This document shows, one piece after another, positions 13,568 through 24,909 of a DNA stretch of 64,000 nucleotides. Under the pieces are notes generated by a model, which saw nothing but the letters and a program-made list of their open reading frames with translations, made no database searches and had not been told where the DNA came from. Origin of the DNA: Tubiluchus corallicola (taxonomy: Eukaryota > Animalia > Priapulida); contig JAQGDQ010000896.1 of NCBI GenBank assembly GCA_030141605.1, forward strand, positions 18,854 through 82,853, read 5' to 3'. Position numbers and translations under genes: made by a program. Each line of letters opens with the position of its first letter. The stretch's first letter is position 1.

Positions 13568-14307
13568 GTACGTTGTGTTTATTTTTTACTTTTTACGAAC
13601 TACAATTTATCTTTTGCCCAGAACAATTGGTCAGATGTCGGACAATAGAGAAAACTGACTACATCATTGTCGTCAAAGTAGACAGATTTGTTCAGTACTG
13701 CGCAAAACAGTGTTAACAGTTTGGAAGAGCTTTTTGGGATGTACCGTCATTATGATGCAGCGCGTTTAAATACACATTTTTCATCTGAGACTGAATAATA
13801 CCAAGTACAGTCTCCTAAGAACAGTGCTCTTCTCTCTTCCAACAAGGTGGTGCCATCTGCTGTAGACTCAGTCAGATTATTGAACTCGTATTAATAAAAT
13901 TTGAAATTAATTTTTTTGTGCTTGTGACTTTTGCCGTAGAATGAAGACGCATGAAAAACTATTTCTGTGACGAGAAATAGAAAAGAATTTTTGTTCATAA
14001 TCGTAAAGAAGACGGCGAAGACGCTTTGTCTTTTTTACGATTATGACCATGGCAAGTCTCAAAAGAGCAGTTTCTTATTTCCAAGACTTTTTGTTTTGAT
14101 CTGTTTGGTTTAGCTAGTAGAGACCTCTGCTAATTGCAGTCAGCACTTGTTACTGAAGTCTTAAATAAAAAACTGATCAGAATGTTAAGGTGTATCGCTC
14201 ACATCAAACTGTATAGTGGTGCTGATAAGCCAAAAACTTGTGCGTTTAATGACTAAAGCATGAAAGTTTCAGCTTATAAGCTTCATACCAACAGCTTTCA
14301 TTTCAGG

Positions 14308-14735
14308 CAGCGGCGGATTATGATTTTATGGGCCTTAGGCTTGAGCTTGGAACGGGCCTTTTAAATGTTGCTATTTTTTTAAAAAATAGGCCTTTTTTAA
14401 AGAAAACTGGCTTTTTTTTAAAAATTCGGAAATTGAAATTTTGAACTTAAACTTAAACTGTGTAAACGTGAATTGTGTAAACTTAAATTGTGTAAACTTG
14501 AATTATGTAAACTTAAATTGTGTAAACTTGATTTGTGTAAACCCGATTTGAAATATAGTGACTGACGTTTGAAAAAAAATTTTTTTTCTATATTTTATTT
14601 TGGCGGGCCCCTTGCTCTTTTGTCAATTTATTTTTTTTTACAAAACAATTTTTTTTTCGTTTTATTTTGCCGGGCCCCTTTTGATCCCGGGCCTTAGGCT
14701 TCAGCCTATTCAGCCTATAGGGCTATCCGCTACAG
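14308..14735. mobile_element. hAT-type MITE with perfect 8-bp TSD
   Basis: TSD atttcagg at 14300-14307 and 14736-14743. Ends CAGCGGCGGAT / ATCCGCTACAG. Internal 15-bp tandem repeat at about 14447-14545. Confidence 0.85.
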
Positions 14736-15456
14736 ATTTCAGGCATTTTTTATCTCACCTGTGGTGACCGTGAGAGGTCACTGACCACAGGATTGCATTT
14801 TTTCAGTATTTTCACCATCATACTTTATTATAATCATGTATATCTTTGCTAGAATTGCCTGTTGAAAATTTATTTTGTTGTAGTTTTTTCAGTTTCCTTT
14901 CTTGAAACATTATGTACAGCAGTTGCTTATAATATGTGCAATAAGACTGTACTAATAAAGCATTGATGGTGAGAATTTCCGTTATGTCTGTGAAAAAGTA
15001 TTCAAAATATTAATTTGACAGCATGAACGTCTTTGCCCTTTACCTAGTCCCAAAGGTCAAATCTAAAATGCCTCCACACATGAAGATGAACTTCATGGTC
15101 TATCAAAAGTCTGGAGAAAATTTCATGCTTTGTCACTAAATGCACAATTCCTTCAGTATATGACCTTAAGTGCCCCCACTAATAAGCTTTTCTACTTTCC
15201 AAGACATAACTTGTATTACATCATTAAATGTATCTGCACAGCGAATGACCATCTTTAGTATAGATTTGCCTCACTATACGCAAATAACTTCAACATATTA
15301 ATGAAAGTAATGAAGGTAACTGAAAGCAATAAAAGCAATTAACTCAATGATAGAATTGAAATATTGAAGTGTGGTAAGTCAGAACTTAGCGATTTATATG
15401 AAATCAGTAATCAACCTAGTGATTGATTAACTAAAACACGAGAGTCCCGAAATTGA

Positions 15457-15515
15457 GTCGCCCATGATTCGAACCCAGAACCTTTTGCTTACAGGATGGA
15501 CGCTCTCCTAATTGA
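15457..15515 (-). mobile_element. tRNA-like SINE head relic
   Basis: The minus strand reads GGAGAGCGTCCATCCTGTAAGCAAAAGGTTCTGGGTTCGAATC with a B box. No complete cloverleaf. Confidence 0.5.
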
Positions 15516-15811
15516 AAAGCAAAGTGAATTTTTATACTAATAACACACAATCAATCAGAGCCACCTAACTAATCGATACAATCAATTTGGCCGGCCTTAA
15601 CCAAACATATATTTTTCGATATTGAACTGTGATTGATGAAGGTGTCACCAGATTCACAATCCAGTTGCTTACTCTTGCATTATAAAATTGACTTGGGAAA
15701 TGAAAAACATCAGAGTAATGTATTAATTTTCTGTATTTTGCGCAGATTTTTTCGCTTCTGACAGAATTTCAGAAAAGGTATTTTGTACATTTATTATACC
15801 ATATTTTTCAG

Positions 15812-15953
15812 ATACCAGTGTGTTTAATGGTGCTTAGCATTTGCGCAAAGAAACAAATTACTAAGGGGACTGATATAATTACGAATTCTACAATGGACAC
15901 TTCAGCAGCTGGCGATAAGCAAAGAGAAGAATATTTAGACATGGATGTGACGA
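15812..15953 (+). CDS. MFSD4: MFSD4-like exon
   Basis: tttttcag acceptor, A|gtaagt donor, 142 nt. Encodes IPVCLMVLSICAKKQ...DMDVT. The phase-1 end matches the next exon. Confidence 0.85.
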
Positions 15954-16034
15954 GTAAGTCTGTAATAGTCAATACCAGGAGCTAACTTGCTGGCAAATTG
16001 CCAGGGTACTGCAACGGTTAAATTATTCTACTGG

Positions 16035-16898
16035 TCTGAACTGTTGTGGAGTCGTATTTAGAACTGTTTGGGAAGTCGTATATGGAACTGTTTGTGGAGT
16101 TGTATATGGAATTGTTTGTAGAGTCGTGTGTGGTTTATGGGGTCGTATGTGGTTTATGGAGTCGTATGTGGAACTGTTTGTAGAGTCGTATGTGGTTTAT
16201 GGAGTCATATGTGGAACTGTTTGTAGAGTCGTATGTGGTTTATGGAGTCGTATGTGGAACTGTTTGTAGAGTCGTATGTGGTTTATGGAGTCGTATGTGG
16301 AACTGTTTGTAGAGTCGTGTGTGAAACTGTTTGTAGAGTCGTGTGTGGTTTATGGAGTCGTATGTGGAACTGTTTGTAGAGTCGTATGTGGTTTATGGAG
16401 TCGTATGTGGAACTGTTTGTAGAGTCGTATGTGGTTTATGGAGTCGTATGTGGAACTGTTTGTAGAGTCGTATGTGGTTTATGGAGTCGTATGTGGAACT
16501 GTTTGTAGAGTCGTGTGTGAAACTGTTTGTAGAGTCGTGTGTGGTTTATGGAGTCGTATGTGGAACTGTTTGTAGAGTCGTATGTGGTTTATTGAGTTGT
16601 ACGTGGAACTGTTTGTAGAGTCGTATGTGGTCTATGGAGTCGTATGTGGAACAGTTTGTAGAGTCGTATGTGGTTTATTGAGTTGTATGTGGAACTGTTT
16701 GTAGAGTCGTATGTGGTTTATGGAGTTGTACGTGGAACTGTTTGTAGAGTCGTATGTGGTCTATGGAGTCGTATGTGGAACAGTTTGTAGAGTCGTATGT
16801 GGTTTATTGAGTTGTATGTGGAACTGTTTGTAGAGTCGTGTGTGAAACTGTTTGTAGAGTCGTGTGTGGTTTATGGAGTCGTATGGGAAACTGTTTGT
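16035..16898. repeat. Composite minisatellite, 43-bp unit (19+24 bp subunits)
   Basis: gtcgtatgtggtttatgga + gtcgtatgtggaactgtttgtaga, about 20 units. Confidence 0.95.
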
Positions 16899-17107
16899 TG
16901 ACTAAATTCATTTTCTTACTCAAGTGTGTCTTATACTGACCACAACTGCATGCATCAATAAGCCCTTATTTCTTCTGTTTTTTAAACATTTAAGACTTAA
17001 TTTTGGTCATATGTCATCTGATTCATTTGAAACAAAATGAGTTTAGCCATAATTTCTAAATTAATAGAATTTTTAAGTAAATTTTCAAATTCAACAACAT
17101 TTTGCAG

Positions 17108-17247
17108 AAAGTCCTGCGACAAAAAAGCGAGATTTCTCAAGTACGAAGCAGCGCATGCGCGAGGAATGCTGTGCCAGCCAATCATATGCTATTATCATGC
17201 TGACAGCATTTGCAGCAATTCTGCTCTTCCTGTATGACGGGCTGCAG
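17108..17247 (+). CDS. MFSD4: MFSD4-like exon
   Basis: ttttgcag acceptor, CAG|gtgaga donor, 140 nt. Ends in YAIIMLTAFAAILLFLYDGLQ. Confidence 0.88.
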
Positions 17248-17725
17248 GTGAGACTCTTATGAACGAATTAGTTTAATTTTGCTGGCTAATGTAGAAATTT
17301 ATTTATTTTGCAGGTTACAAAACATTATAGCTTCGCCAAACTTTATTTATTCTCTTCAATTTGTTTAAGTGCGTCTTGGAAACGTATTTTGCAATCGAAT
17401 GTGTGAGTTCATAAGAAATACCTGGGAAATATTTGAGTTGTCTGAGAATGTATGACACAAGAATATGACAAATATTTTTACTGGATTCAAAAAATCTAAC
17501 TGAAATTGCTGTTAGAATAATGTATCTTGTTTTAATTAAAACAGTTTTCATACTTATACTTACAAAATAAATAGACTGAAAAAGATATATGAAGTGTTAT
17601 AAACTTAATTTAAACGTTTAAGAGCTATGAAAACTATATTTGTTTATAATTTTATTTACTTAGCGTTTGTGTCGATTATCTGTAGTTTCTACTTTGCAGT
17701 GTGAAACCGTGTAGTTTAATTTCAG

Positions 17726-17818
17726 GCTGCGTATGGTGGTTACGTTTATTCATACGCTTTTAAAAGCATTGCAGATTTGAACAAAACCGAAGCAGCTTAT
17801 TTGAACGCATGCTTCTGG
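17726..17818 (+). CDS. MFSD4: MFSD4-like exon
   Basis: tttcag acceptor, TGG|gtgagt donor, 93 nt. Encodes AAYGGYVYSYAFKSIADLNKTEAAYLNACFW. Confidence 0.9.
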
Positions 17819-17855
17819 GTGAGTACGGTAGTGAGTAACGCATGCTACTGGAGAA

Positions 17856-18070
17856 TACGGTAGCTTAGTGGTGTAAGGCGTAGGCTCGTAAGCAGAAGGT
17901 CCCTGGTTCAAATTCAGGTTGTATTCAAACTTTATCCCATTTCCTGTCTTTTGAGTTTATGGTGAAAATTTAATTACTTGTTGATTTGTATCACCACTGA
18001 TTATATAATAATTTTTTGATGTATGCTCAATTGATGCAGACAGGTGACATAAAGCCAAATCTAATACTAA
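17856..18070 (+). mobile_element. tRNA-derived SINE
   Basis: A box TAGCTTAGTGG, loop CTCGTAA and B box GGTTCAAATTC. The anticodon stem does not pair, so it is not a functional tRNA. Confidence 0.55.
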
Positions 18071-18215
18071 TTTAATGACATAAAAAATCCAATATTTCGT
18101 TCTGTTCCACACAAGAGTGGAGCAGCTTGTCACTGAAAATTGCTCTCACTTGCAGTGATTGCCAATAAAATTGATGTTTATTTTTATTTGATCATTCACA
18201 TTATTTTCATTGCAG

Positions 18216-18296
18216 GGGCTATTTGCTCTAGGACGACTCTTGTCTATTCCCATAGCAACAAAGTTTTCACCTGGTTTTATGCTACTCTGTAACATC
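18216..18296 (+). CDS. MFSD4: MFSD4-like exon
   Basis: ttgcag acceptor, ATC|gtaagt donor, 81 nt. Encodes GLFALGRLLSIPIATKFSPGFMLLCNI (MFS WGxFxxGR motif across the junction). Confidence 0.9.
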
Positions 18297-18940
18297 GTAA
18301 GTTCACACTTTTGCAGTTTATGGACGTAGCAGTTTTTTTTTCATTCCTAGCCGCGTGCAGCGGCTTTTAATTAAAGTGGCAGGTGTCTTGGAATGGTTTT
18401 GATTTTGCCACTAGATGGCTTCGAAGTACTTGTACAATGGATCAGGTTATTGTAGCGACTTTAATTAAAGCAGTGGCTATGCTTTAATATTAGTTTCAAT
18501 TCTACTAGTAGATTGCATTGAAGGTTTTTGGAATAGGTGTGAATACTGCAACAACAGCGATGGAGTGTGTGGTTTATGCAGCGATTTTATACAATATTTT
18601 AGCCATTCTGTCAGCAAAAATATTACATACTTGTATTAACTGTATCTTATGGCCTATCACATATTTTATATTGTTGCCAATCTACCTCACAGACTCCGTA
18701 CAAACGGGATGCATGTCTTCCTCAAGATTCTTAGAAATGTATCATGTTTGTTGACGTTTGTTTGATGATGGTTGTTGATGGTTGTTAAACATGGTTGTTT
18801 ATGCGTGTACGTTTGCTAATTTATTTGCTACTTTGTTGTCTTTTGTTTATGTATTTGTTTGCTTACGTGTTTGTTTCTTTAACTCTAGCTCTATTAGTGA
18901 CAAAAAAAAACATTAAATTTTTCCATTATTTTGCCTTTAG

Positions 18941-19159
18941 ATTGGTTGTCTGACGTCTATGATATTCATGCTCGCGTTACGTCACAATCACGTGGTACTC
19001 TACGTTGGCACGTGTTCGTTTGGAATCTTTTTGTCTAGTGTTTACCCCACAGCCATTTCTTTAGTGGAGCAGTTTGTCACCGTGACGTCATCTATGACGA
19101 GTGCGCTTGTCGTCAGCGCAGCTACTGGAGAAATGATCATGCCGGTAGTCGTAGGACAT
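18941..19159 (+). CDS. MFSD4: MFSD4-like exon
   Basis: ctttag acceptor, CAT|gtaagt donor, 219 nt. Encodes IGCLTSMIFML...GIFLSSVYPT...GEMIMPVVVGH. Confidence 0.92.
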
Positions 19160-19428
19160 GTAAGTACAGTAAATCAGCAGACACATAGTTTAAATGTCAG
19201 CTATCGTTCTTATAAATTTTTTGATAAAACAACAATAAATGAACATAATTAATTTATAACTTTTAAATTTTTTAGTAACACAAACGGCCACTTTTATGTT
19301 TGAATTCCATATGAGGCACTAGTTTGATTATTTTAGTCGTTTGTTTTATAAAAGACGCTAAAAATGTTTGAACTTTACTACTGTATAACAAATATAACAA
19401 CAATGTAGGTTTTATGTTTTTCTTGCAG

Positions 19429-19546
19429 TTGTTTGTCTCAGTTGGACCAATTAGCTTCCTGCTTTGGGGAAACATTTGCTGCTTTCTTTCTTCGTTTGTT
19501 TTCGTTGCTATATGGCTGACGGGTCAGTTTAACTTCAGGCACAAAG
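19429..19546 (+). CDS. MFSD4: MFSD4-like exon
   Basis: cttgcag acceptor, AAAG|gtaatt donor, 118 nt. Encodes LFVSVGPISFLLWGNICCFLSSFVFVAIWLTGQFNFRHK (last TM helix). Confidence 0.88.
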
Positions 19547-20176
19547 GTAATTACTGTCTCACACATGTCCTGAAACTCTTAGGCCTGTCAATCACTTGCG
19601 TGCACTGGCAAATTTTAGCATCTTAATGTTTGTTATATATCTATACCTGTAGTTTGAATTTCCATGCAATCTCATTGTATGGCAGTTAGATAAAAAAAAG
19701 CTAATCGCAACTTTTAAAAGCATTCTAGTAAAAACTAGCACAAACGATTTATTTTTTCACCATTATTCGTTTTGCTTGCATGATCAATTCTTTCTTTCTC
19801 TCTCTCTCTTTTGCTATGCTCTCTCGTTCTATCCATCTTTCTGTTTTAATTATAACTATAATTAATTCCTTTTTACATTTAATTATAATTGTAACTATAT
19901 TTGTAATTGTGTTAGCATTTTTAGGTAATTTATGATCTAGCTGTTGAAATAAATAACAATAATCTAATCTCTTTCTATAGCCCCTTCTCTTTCTCCCTCT
20001 CTCCTCCTGCTCCCCGTCTCTCTCCTGTCTATACAATTCAGAATACTTGTTTAAAGAATAATTTGTAAGAAATGAAAGCATAAACCATTGTGTAAGCTAC
20101 TGTAACATCTGCCAGTCTGTCATGTTCAAGCACTCCAACCAACTTCCATGTCTAATTTTGCTTTACTGTTACACAG

Positions 20177-20382
20177 CAATGCGGTCTGGTTTTGGAGGTG
20201 TTGTTGACATCTGCTGCCCTCGTGCGGTTGACGATGACAATCTTGTGGGACCAACGCGTGTTAAATATTACAATCGAATGTCAGACAGCAGCATGGACTC
20301 GGGAACACCGGATATAAACGATAAACAACCGGAACTAAATCTAAGTCCTTACACTCCGCAAAATATGCCAGAAACTAGTTAA
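20177..20382 (+). CDS. MFSD4: MFSD4-like terminal coding exon
   Basis: acacag acceptor in compatible phase 1. Hydrophilic tail MRSGFGG...NMPETS then TAA. AATAAA at 20431-20436. Confidence 0.8.
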
Positions 20383-20972
20383 AGTGAGGTCACACTCCAT
20401 TACTCACAAAGAGTAAATTATTTAAACAAGAATAAATTATTTAAACACCTGATAGCAGATATCCATATATCTTGTTTTGGATGTTTAGATAGGTTTCAGT
20501 TGTCTGTCTTGTAGCTTTACGTAATAATATTTACAATCGTGGAAAATTTTACAAAAATTATTTGCTGAAACACTCCCTAATTGGACATTGACAAAACACA
20601 CTATAATTATTATCATCTTGTACATAGTTCCGCGAAAACCATATACATTAAATATTGTCTGTCTTTATGGTTTTGCATAAACATGACGAAATAACAATTT
20701 CATTTTGTTTTAATTTTAATGTAATTTTATTTAAATTATTTTATTTCCCATCCCTGTGATATTTCGTAATTTGGACATCTGATTAAAAGTGCTTTGTTGA
20801 CGATCTGTAAGTCTATTATCAGTATACAATACATGTATGAGTAGGCCCGTTAAGCAGGACTTTTAATAGGTCACCTCGATGTCTGGATTGGTGTTTTACA
20901 TTATAGAAAATAGCTTGTTTGTGTATACCGTTGGAGTTGTAGTATTATCTTATGATCTTTATAAAAGATATA

Positions 20973-21493
20973 CCGTATATACTTACATACAAGTCGAATT
21001 TTTGGAGGCAATTTTAAGGTAAAATTTTTGGGGTCGACTTATACTTAAGATATGTTTTGTGAGATGCCGCTAAAGAGTCATCTACAATACGAATATTTAA
21101 AGAAATAATCATTCATTATACGCTGGATTGAAGGAACACTCATCACTTGATACTTCACATCAGAGAATGTTCGCATATTTCACAAAATTAACAAATATTA
21201 CTGCAATTTATTTTAGTAATGACCTCAACATGATTATATACATACACACATATATATATACATATATATATCGGGTAGGTATTATGTACTCGGCCCAGGC
21301 ACTTGTACGTATCTTACACACTAACACAGTAGGCTATTGATTTATTACTCAGCCATTGTTGATATCATTTACTCTGGAAGATCTTAATATTTTAGGGTCG
21401 ACTTGTACACAGGTAATATATGAAATGAAATTTTTGGTCTTAAAATGCACATCGACTTGTACACAAGGTCGAGTTGTACATAAGTATATACGG
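20973..21493. mobile_element. Tc1/mariner-superfamily MITE
   Basis: TA|CCGTATATACTTA...TAAGTATATACGG|TA TIRs with TA TSD. Repeated GTCGACTT subterminal motifs. Confidence 0.85.
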
Positions 21494-24425
21494 TATAACA
21501 AGAATAATGTGAACTGTGAATAAAGTGAATCAGATGCAATTGTGCGGTTTGTTAGGCTTAAGTTAATTAAGTTAATGTTGATAAAGGTGGTGGTCTACTT
21601 TTAACCTGTCTCACTCGGGTTCACAGTACAAAATTGGGCCTACACAGACTCAACATTGTTACCAAAAATATTGTAATTTACACAGTAATTTCATTCACAC
21701 TGTCGTTCTGTGCTCGCCTGCTTATTAATTTTTCTAACTACCATTGAGTGTGCATTTTTAACATTTAATTAAACTGTAGATCATTAAGAAAAAACAATTA
21801 GGTTTATTTAATTTGTTTGTGGACAATATATTTAATGCCTATGTCGTTGATTGATTCACTTTACACTTGTAACATATCTGCAGTTTACAGCAAAAACAAT
21901 ACGGTGCAGTTTCTAATCTGTCAGGTGATTTTGTGTGAAGTTGTAATTTGAGCTTAGGTCTGTCATTTTTCAAATGGAATATTCATTGAATTTACAACCA
22001 GCTGTAAAAAGTCATTATTTGAACTTAGTTTATGTCGCAAAATATGAAATAAAAAACAATAATTATCAATGAGCAAGTATTTCTATTTTCTGTGTCATTA
22101 TTGTCGTTTTAATTATATAAACGCATCTATTACGTTTAAACTCGTCATAATACAGAAAGTTTGCTGACTTTTATTATGAGTTTCTATTAACTGCATTTTG
22201 AATAAAAGGATATCAGCAGATGAGACATCGGGGGATATCTGCCTGATTTTCTGCTCATATCAGTTGTATCTGACCTCTCTGTATGTTGACAAACAGAGTC
22301 ATTCCGGTAACATTTCTCACCGAGGTTGCATGGCAACAAGTCCATGCTAAATATATTTTAAATTACTAGTTTTTACGGTTTGACATCAACGAATGTTCAG
22401 AAGACGATAAGTAATGATGTGATGTTAAGGCTACTATTTGTGGGAGTACACAAATTAAACTTACGTGCTCTATTTACAGACATGATAATAGTTTTAATAA
22501 TAGGCGCCATTAAAGATTAATAAGAATTATTCTTTGTGCAAATGTGCACATTAAATTTTAAGGAATGTAGAGTCAAAAACAAATTTATACGTAATGACTA
22601 AAAAACTGTTTTGCATACGATTAGGTCAGATGTGAAACTTTCTGTCACAAATGCACCGGCTCATGCATGCAACTGCAAACGAATTTAATATATTTTCGTA
22701 AATTATCATTTTGATAATCACTGTTATTATTGTTTATATAAATTATGTTGTGGAGGTATGAGTTGGTTTTGCATTCTGAAAGCCTCAAAGAACTGAGAAA
22801 TTTCTTAGAGCATAAATATACACAAGATAATGCAAGATACGTAAATACATGTGGCAAAGGTGTCACGAAGGCATGAAAAAAGAAATTTAGAAAAAGCAAT
22901 ACACAAAAAATAACAGATCCTTAATAAGAGATTATTATTTTATGACATAGATGCCAAATGCAAAGCAATTTTGGGAAAAGGTTATCCACATATTCTTTTT
23001 TACTAATTAGGAGCAACGTTGTCCTTGGGTTTACCTTTTGATTGTTAAACTGGAGCATGTGACTTACTAATGATCATGAAGTGTTCTTGATTAGTTTATT
23101 AAACTCGAGATCTGGTAGCCTGTCCAAAAGTTTCTCTCGTCATAAGAATATTAGACAAAATAATTACGAATTTGTTTGGTTAATGTAAGCAAACTGTTCA
23201 TCCTCAAATGTTAGCACGGCCACACTGTACGAATTAAAATAGTGTATCACCACCACCAACATCACTACCATTAACATGTCGTCATTGTAGATCTGGCAAT
23301 TTAGTATAGAAATTCGCATGCTTGCATTTTGTTATAGTTGTCTTACAAGTTTTTATCTTACAATGTATCATAGGTTCCAGGGACAACAAATAAACTTACA
23401 CAGTGACAAAGACTTACTGAAATCCGTCGTGTAGAAGTGCCAGTTTCTTCTCAGATTCCTAGAAGAGTTAGATCATAAGAATTCCCATGTTGTTTTTTGG
23501 GATGTCTTCTTTATGTGTCGGCCACGCTTTCCAAGTAAGTTGTAAAGGTTAGCAACACTGTTCTTCTTTTTAAAACTAAAGTCAGTGAGTTAATGTTCCC
23601 GAGTAATTGACTACCGCATTCCAGTTAGCATTTTTTAACATGTTCGTTTATTAATATCATAATGATAATTTAAAATAATTATTCTTACTTTTATTTTACT
23701 TGTATACTAGCGGAATTCGCATTATGATGTTCATCATTATAATACCTGACTACCTGTGGTACGCTGGTTGTATTTCCAAAGCTTTTATTATTGTATAATA
23801 ATATGTGCTTTTTATTTTATTTGGTGTGACTAAATAAGCCTTAAGCTATTTATAGGTGTACTTGAAAAAGTGACCTTAATTAATAGTTAATATTAAATAA
23901 TTCTTCTCTGTCGGCTGAAATCATTCTAGCACCAATGGTTTGTGTATAATTTATTCTGTTGTTATATTATTACATGTGCAGTCTTAGTTGTAATAAATGA
24001 TTTGATTTAGTTGGCTCATTATTTCATTCTGTCGTCTAATTATTGCTTGTAAACAAGCATGATTGTTATTTTGCAAATGGGTTACGCATAAGTTGTTCTG
24101 TAACGGTTCAAATGCCTTATTTGAAATTTATTGCATTTGCTATTCTTCTACTTTATTTTGGCATTGCATCATGTGCTTCATTATGTCAAGAGGTAAATTT
24201 ATATGTTCTGTTTTACATTATTAACACCTTAATCGTTACTCGTCCTGTACTGTTCGTAATTTATATATGTAAGGTATCGTAAACTGTATAGATCGCTATG
24301 GTCTATTCTAAAAATGAACTGGCATTTACTATACTTTATTCATTGCGTCTAATCAAATTATACATACAAACTACGTAGAACTAACTCTGGAAACCCCAGC
24401 TAGACTTGTTGTTGTTTAGCATTAT

Positions 24426-24466
24426 GTAAGTTTCTTCTTTGTATTAATAATTGTTATGTTTTGCAG
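24426..24466 (+). other. Candidate 41-nt 5'UTR intron upstream of COX20
   Basis: Consensus GTAAGT donor at 24426, T-rich body, ttttgcag acceptor ending 24466, 52 nt before the COX20 ATG. Confidence 0.5.
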
Positions 24467-24518
24467 ACATTTCCATACTTGAGAAGGTTCCCTAGTGGTA
24501 TAGTTCTTGTATTATATA

Positions 24519-24866
24519 ATGCCTGACAGCATCGCTGATGATCCTGACCAAAAGCAAGAAAAATCATTGTTTGTTTTTGGAGAGAACATATCGGAGATTC
24601 CTTGTTTTCGAAAGTCGGTCTTGACTGGTGTTGGCACAGGCTTGGCCGTAGGACTACTTTCTTTCATCGGGACAAGCAGAGTTCGTCGATCTGCTGACTT
24701 GTCTGTGATCTCATTTGCTGCCGGTACTTTGCTAATGTGGTGTTACTGTAGGTACAACTATGCAGTACAAAACTTTAATTACAGACAACTACAGCAGAAA
24801 GTTTCTTATAAACAGTCCATTGAAGATATTAACATAGAAAAGGACGATGAGCAATCAACAAAATAA
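24519..24866 (+). CDS. COX20: Cytochrome c oxidase assembly factor COX20 (FAM36A), 115 aa, intronless CDS
   Basis: IPCFRKSVLTG...TSRVRRSAD...WCYCRYNYA with two hydrophobic segments matches the COX20 family (PCxR, TSRxxRSxD, WxxCRY). The first in-frame ATG is 24519; the ORF track starts at a TTG. Confidence 0.93.
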   Translation: MPDSIADDPDQKQEKSLFVFGENISEIPCFRKSVLTGVGTGLAVGLLSFIGTSRVRRSADLSVISFAAGTLLMWCYCRYNYAVQNFNYRQLQQKVSYKQSIEDINIEKDDEQSTK

Positions 24867-24909
24867 CTTTACGAAACTTCTCTGAATTGGCCACTGCTTT
24901 TGTCACAAA

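Noticed and set aside
17856-17925. tRNA-Thr gene
   Set aside because: A and B boxes are present, but the anticodon and acceptor stems do not pair, so it is a SINE head.
24867-24909. COX20-HGH1 fusion by stop readthrough, or an SL acceptor in the spacer
   Set aside because: The spacer is 43 nt (out of frame) and contains no AG dinucleotide.
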